Below, one piece after another: positions 58,663 to 61,115 of a stretch of 61,115 nt of DNA. The position numbers were made by a program, and so were the translations under genes. The notes below the pieces were generated by a model. It was given only the letters and a program-made list of their open reading frames with translations. It was not told the DNA's origin and searched no databases. Origin of the DNA: a virus (Duplodnaviria > Caudoviricetes). Numbering within the stretch: the first letter of the stretch is position 1; every line of letters starts with the position of its first letter. The stretch lies in IMG/VR virus record IMGVR_UViG_3300017967_000022, positions 1 through 61,115 of that record. One strand, given 5' to 3'.

Positions 58663-59958
58663 ATGAAACAAGAAACATTATCAGAAGCAATAAAGAAAGC
58701 CAACCTTGGCGACAAGGTAATGGACGACAGTGCTATGTGTGCAATGAAATGGATTCATTGTTATGTACACCTTAATGAAGGCATTGTAAAGAATTGTCAT
58801 AACGTGCCGCAACGTTTTATCACACAAGAAGAACTAGACAAGTATGGCAAAGATGTGTTTATGAAACACCCATACGAACTAGAGCGTAGACAAGAAAAAC
58901 TAGATAACATAAGACATAAAGATTGTAGTGCTTGTTGGCGCAACGAAAAACGCGGAGTAAGAAGTCCAAGATTGCCTAGCAAGTATTTTGAGTTTCATCG
59001 TGGTCGTTTTGAAAATCCTGCAGATATGCTAGAGCCATTACCTAGTCAACTTGAAGTTTATTTTAACAACACCTGCGACTTAAAGTGCCAATACTGTAAT
59101 GATGTATTCAGCAGTCAGTGGGAAGTTGAAAATCGCAAGTTTGAAGAAACACCAAGACAAAAGCACACAGCACCGGAAGGCTTTGCAGATACTTTTTATG
59201 AATGGTTAGATGATGCTGTTGACAATGTACTACAATATTATATTTTAGGTGGAGAGCCTTTAATACAAAATGAATTATATGATTATCTTGATAGACTAAT
59301 TGAATTGTTTAAAAAGAAATCAAACAAGTTTAATATTAAACCTGTTATTATTTTAATTAGTAACGGCAATACTCCGGAAGCATATCTAAACAAGTGGTTT
59401 GAAAAGGTTACTGAGTTAGAAAAATATGCTAGTGTACAAATGGACATTAGTATGGAAAGTTACGGAGAGAAAGCAGAATTTATTCGCACTGGGTTAAACT
59501 GGGATAGGTTTGCTAATAATGTAAAACGTATTATGGAGTTTGCAGAAGGCAAAGACTTTAGACTACGTTTTAGTACAACTCACAGTGCATTAAGTATTAC
59601 AAGTTGCTTAGACTTTTTACAATGGTTAAAGCAGTTAAAAGAACAAACAGGGTGTGATGTTGATTTAATTAGAAGCAATGTTTCATATCCGGTACACCTA
59701 GCACCTTGGATGCTAACAAAAGAGTTTAAACCTTACATTGATGATATTGTTAAATGGATTAACAAAAACGCACCTGAATGGAATTACTATGCCGACTTTA
59801 TGAAAGCAATTAAAAAGAGTTTTGGAAAACATTCAAACTCGGATAAGATTGAAGTTGTTAAATGGGTAGAACGTACAAAGATAAGACGTAATCTAGATCT
59901 AGTAAAAACATTCCCCGAACTAGAGACGTGGTATAAGTATTGCCAAAATCATCGCTGA
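58663..59958 (+). CDS. Radical SAM protein with N-terminal Cys cluster (group A)
   Basis: Start moved to ATG 58663; MCAMKW...NCH...CSACW; CDLKCQYC; LGGEP. Confidence 0.9.
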   Translation: MKQETLSEAIKKANLGDKVMDDSAMCAMKWIHCYVHLNEGIVKNCHNVPQRFITQEELDKYGKDVFMKHPYELERRQEKLDNIRHKDCSACWRNEKRGVRSPRLPSKYFEFHRGRFENPADMLEPLPSQLEVYFNNTCDLKCQYCNDVFSSQWEVENRKFEETPRQKHTAPEGFADTFYEWLDDAVDNVLQYYILGGEPLIQNELYDYLDRLIELFKKKSNKFNIKPVIILISNGNTPEAYLNKWFEKVTELEKYASVQMDISMESYGEKAEFIRTGLNWDRFANNVKRIMEFAEGKDFRLRFSTTHSALSITSCLDFLQWLKQLKEQTGCDVDLIRSNVSYPVHLAPWMLTKEFKPYIDDIVKWINKNAPEWNYYADFMKAIKKSFGKHSNSDKIEVVKWVERTKIRRNLDLVKTFPELETWYKYCQNHR

Positions 59959-59964
59959 TAAATA
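59958..59964 (+). promoter_or_regulatory. Late promoter
   Basis: ATAAATA in the short gap before ATG 59975. Confidence 0.5.
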
Positions 59965-59974
59965 TGGGTACAAT

Positions 59975-60754
59975 ATGAAGTACATATCAAATTACGATCC
60001 GAAACTAATTACACCACACTTTATAGATGGGTTGGAATATGACATTATTGAACTACCTTGGAAACTAGACATAGATAAACTACAAGAGTGGTACAATCAA
60101 GTAGACAGTACATATGACAACTTGTATTTTAGTTGGCGTAAAGAACAATACCTTAAAGACAAATATCATTTAAAAAACATCGAAACAGCATTTGCTGGAG
60201 AAGTAGGTGCAGAAGGTAGAGGCGTTCATGACGAAGGTTATCATATTGTGCGTTACATTAAAGAACAGTTTGAACACCCAGAAGAAATACTTGTAATGGA
60301 AGTTAGTTGGCCTGTTGAAAAAGATATTCCTTGTCCTCCTAAATGGGCAGGCAGAGAAGACCTATATCCTGAACTTGCTACTGACGCACCTAAACGTGTA
60401 CAAGAAAAATTTAAGTTTGGATATTTTAAAGAACTAGTAGATTACTTTGGAGAGGATATTTTGCGTGATGTTAGTATTAGAAAACATCAACCAGATGCAG
60501 TATTAGGAAAACACATTGACGGTCCTAACGTACAGCGATTACATATTCCTGTAACAACCGGCGAAGGTGCTATATTTGCATACGGAGAAAATCTAGAAAG
60601 AGAATATAATTTACAGTTAGGTAAAGCATATATTATTAATGCCGCAGTACCCCACGGTACATTTAATCGTAGCGGTATTAATCGCAGTCATTTACAAAGC
60701 AAACCACATACAGATGCTATTGTTAAAATGTGTAATATGGAGGTAGTGCTTTGA
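59975..60754 (+). CDS. Asp/Asn beta-hydroxylase-like 2OG-Fe(II) oxygenase
   Basis: HID....RLHIP...G.AY.IN...PHG..N....R.HL. Confidence 0.72.
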   Translation: MKYISNYDPKLITPHFIDGLEYDIIELPWKLDIDKLQEWYNQVDSTYDNLYFSWRKEQYLKDKYHLKNIETAFAGEVGAEGRGVHDEGYHIVRYIKEQFEHPEEILVMEVSWPVEKDIPCPPKWAGREDLYPELATDAPKRVQEKFKFGYFKELVDYFGEDILRDVSIRKHQPDAVLGKHIDGPNVQRLHIPVTTGEGAIFAYGENLEREYNLQLGKAYIINAAVPHGTFNRSGINRSHLQSKPHTDAIVKMCNMEVVL

Positions 60755-61115
60755 AAGAACTAGAGCAGTACTGGCAAGAAAATAACAAGGAATACGAATT
60801 TAAGTATCCAGAGCAGTTCGATCCTAAATGGATTGTAATGGAAAGTGGCTGGCCTTTTTTTAAATTAAGTGCATTAGACAATCAACCTTGGAAAGAGATG
60901 CACATTGAGGCAGAAGCGTTACTTGAATATTTTAAAGATCACAGAACTGACTATGGAGAAGGTTGGAAGAGTCTTACACTACACGGACTTAGTGAAGATA
61001 CACAAACACTAAACAGTTATGGCGATCGTGCTGAAACTATCAAACAGTTGGACTGGACTTGGGTAGCAGAACAATGCCCTGTAACTAAAAAGTTTTTAAC
61101 AGATGTGTGGCCTGC
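60751..61115 (+). CDS. Probable hydroxylase-like protein, N-terminal part (truncated by the window)
   Basis: Not in the ORF track. TTG start with GGAGG RBS, open to the window end: ...HR...GW.SL.LHG...WT.....CP.T..FL. The catalytic triad is not within the window. Confidence 0.55.
   Translation, partial: MKELEQYWQENNKEYEFKYPEQFDPKWIVMESGWPFFKLSALDNQPWKEMHIEAEALLEYFKDHRTDYGEGWKSLTLHGLSEDTQTLNSYGDRAETIKQLDWTWVAEQCPVTKKFLTDVWP

Noticed and set aside
1-61115. Stop-codon reassignment, as seen in some large phages
   Set aside because: Genes are long and tightly packed in code 11, and TAA, TAG and TGA all end well-supported genes
33081-61115. RiPP cluster with a precursor peptide for the rSAM/SPASM enzymes
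   Set aside because: No free-standing short precursor ORF, RRE/PqqD-like protein, peptidase or exporter is visible, and intergenic gaps are too small. A precursor outside the window cannot be excluded.
33081-61115. 7-deazaguanine or other DNA-hypermodification pathway
   Set aside because: No QueC/QueD/FolE/DpdA or thymidylate-synthase-like motifs were recognised, and late-type promoters argue against it. Not formally excluded.
1-61115. tRNA, rRNA, CRISPR array or intrinsic terminators
   Set aside because: No intergenic gap exceeds about 85 nt, and no cloverleaf, spaced direct repeats or convincing hairpin-polyT was seen by eye

Overview
This is an AT-rich, densely coding fragment of a large T4-like (myovirus) phage genome in the standard genetic code. 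All calls come from reading motifs by eye; no database search was run. (1) 1-1594, minus strand: gp47-like Mre11/SbcD nuclease (truncated by the window) and a gp55-like late sigma factor, each behind a sigma70-type promoter. (2) 1679-33057, plus strand: baseplate/tail operon with tube-cap-like, gp53-, hub-, gp5-, gp25- and gp6-like genes, a 4954-aa giant structural protein and three paralogous tail-fibre proteins. (3) 33081-61115: an enzyme island of at least 28 kb. It encodes 10 radical-SAM proteins, 4 2OG-Fe(II)/hydroxylase-like proteins, up to 6 glycosyltransferase-like proteins, an NDP-sugar dehydrogenase, a DegT-type aminotransferase, an amidinotransferase, an APH-like kinase, a methyltransferase, 2 SGNH-like proteins and 2 beta-propellers. 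The island carries the same T4-type late promoter motif (TATAAATA-like) as the virion genes, often 5 nt before the start codon, which suggests leaderless mRNAs. The best candidate for an undescribed system is this late-expressed biosynthetic island, inferred to build a heavily modified (amino/guanidino) glycan or other modification on the virion. Also notable are a late promoter overlapping the -35 box of the gp55 promoter, a shared 18-bp intergenic motif and a candidate overprinted gene.
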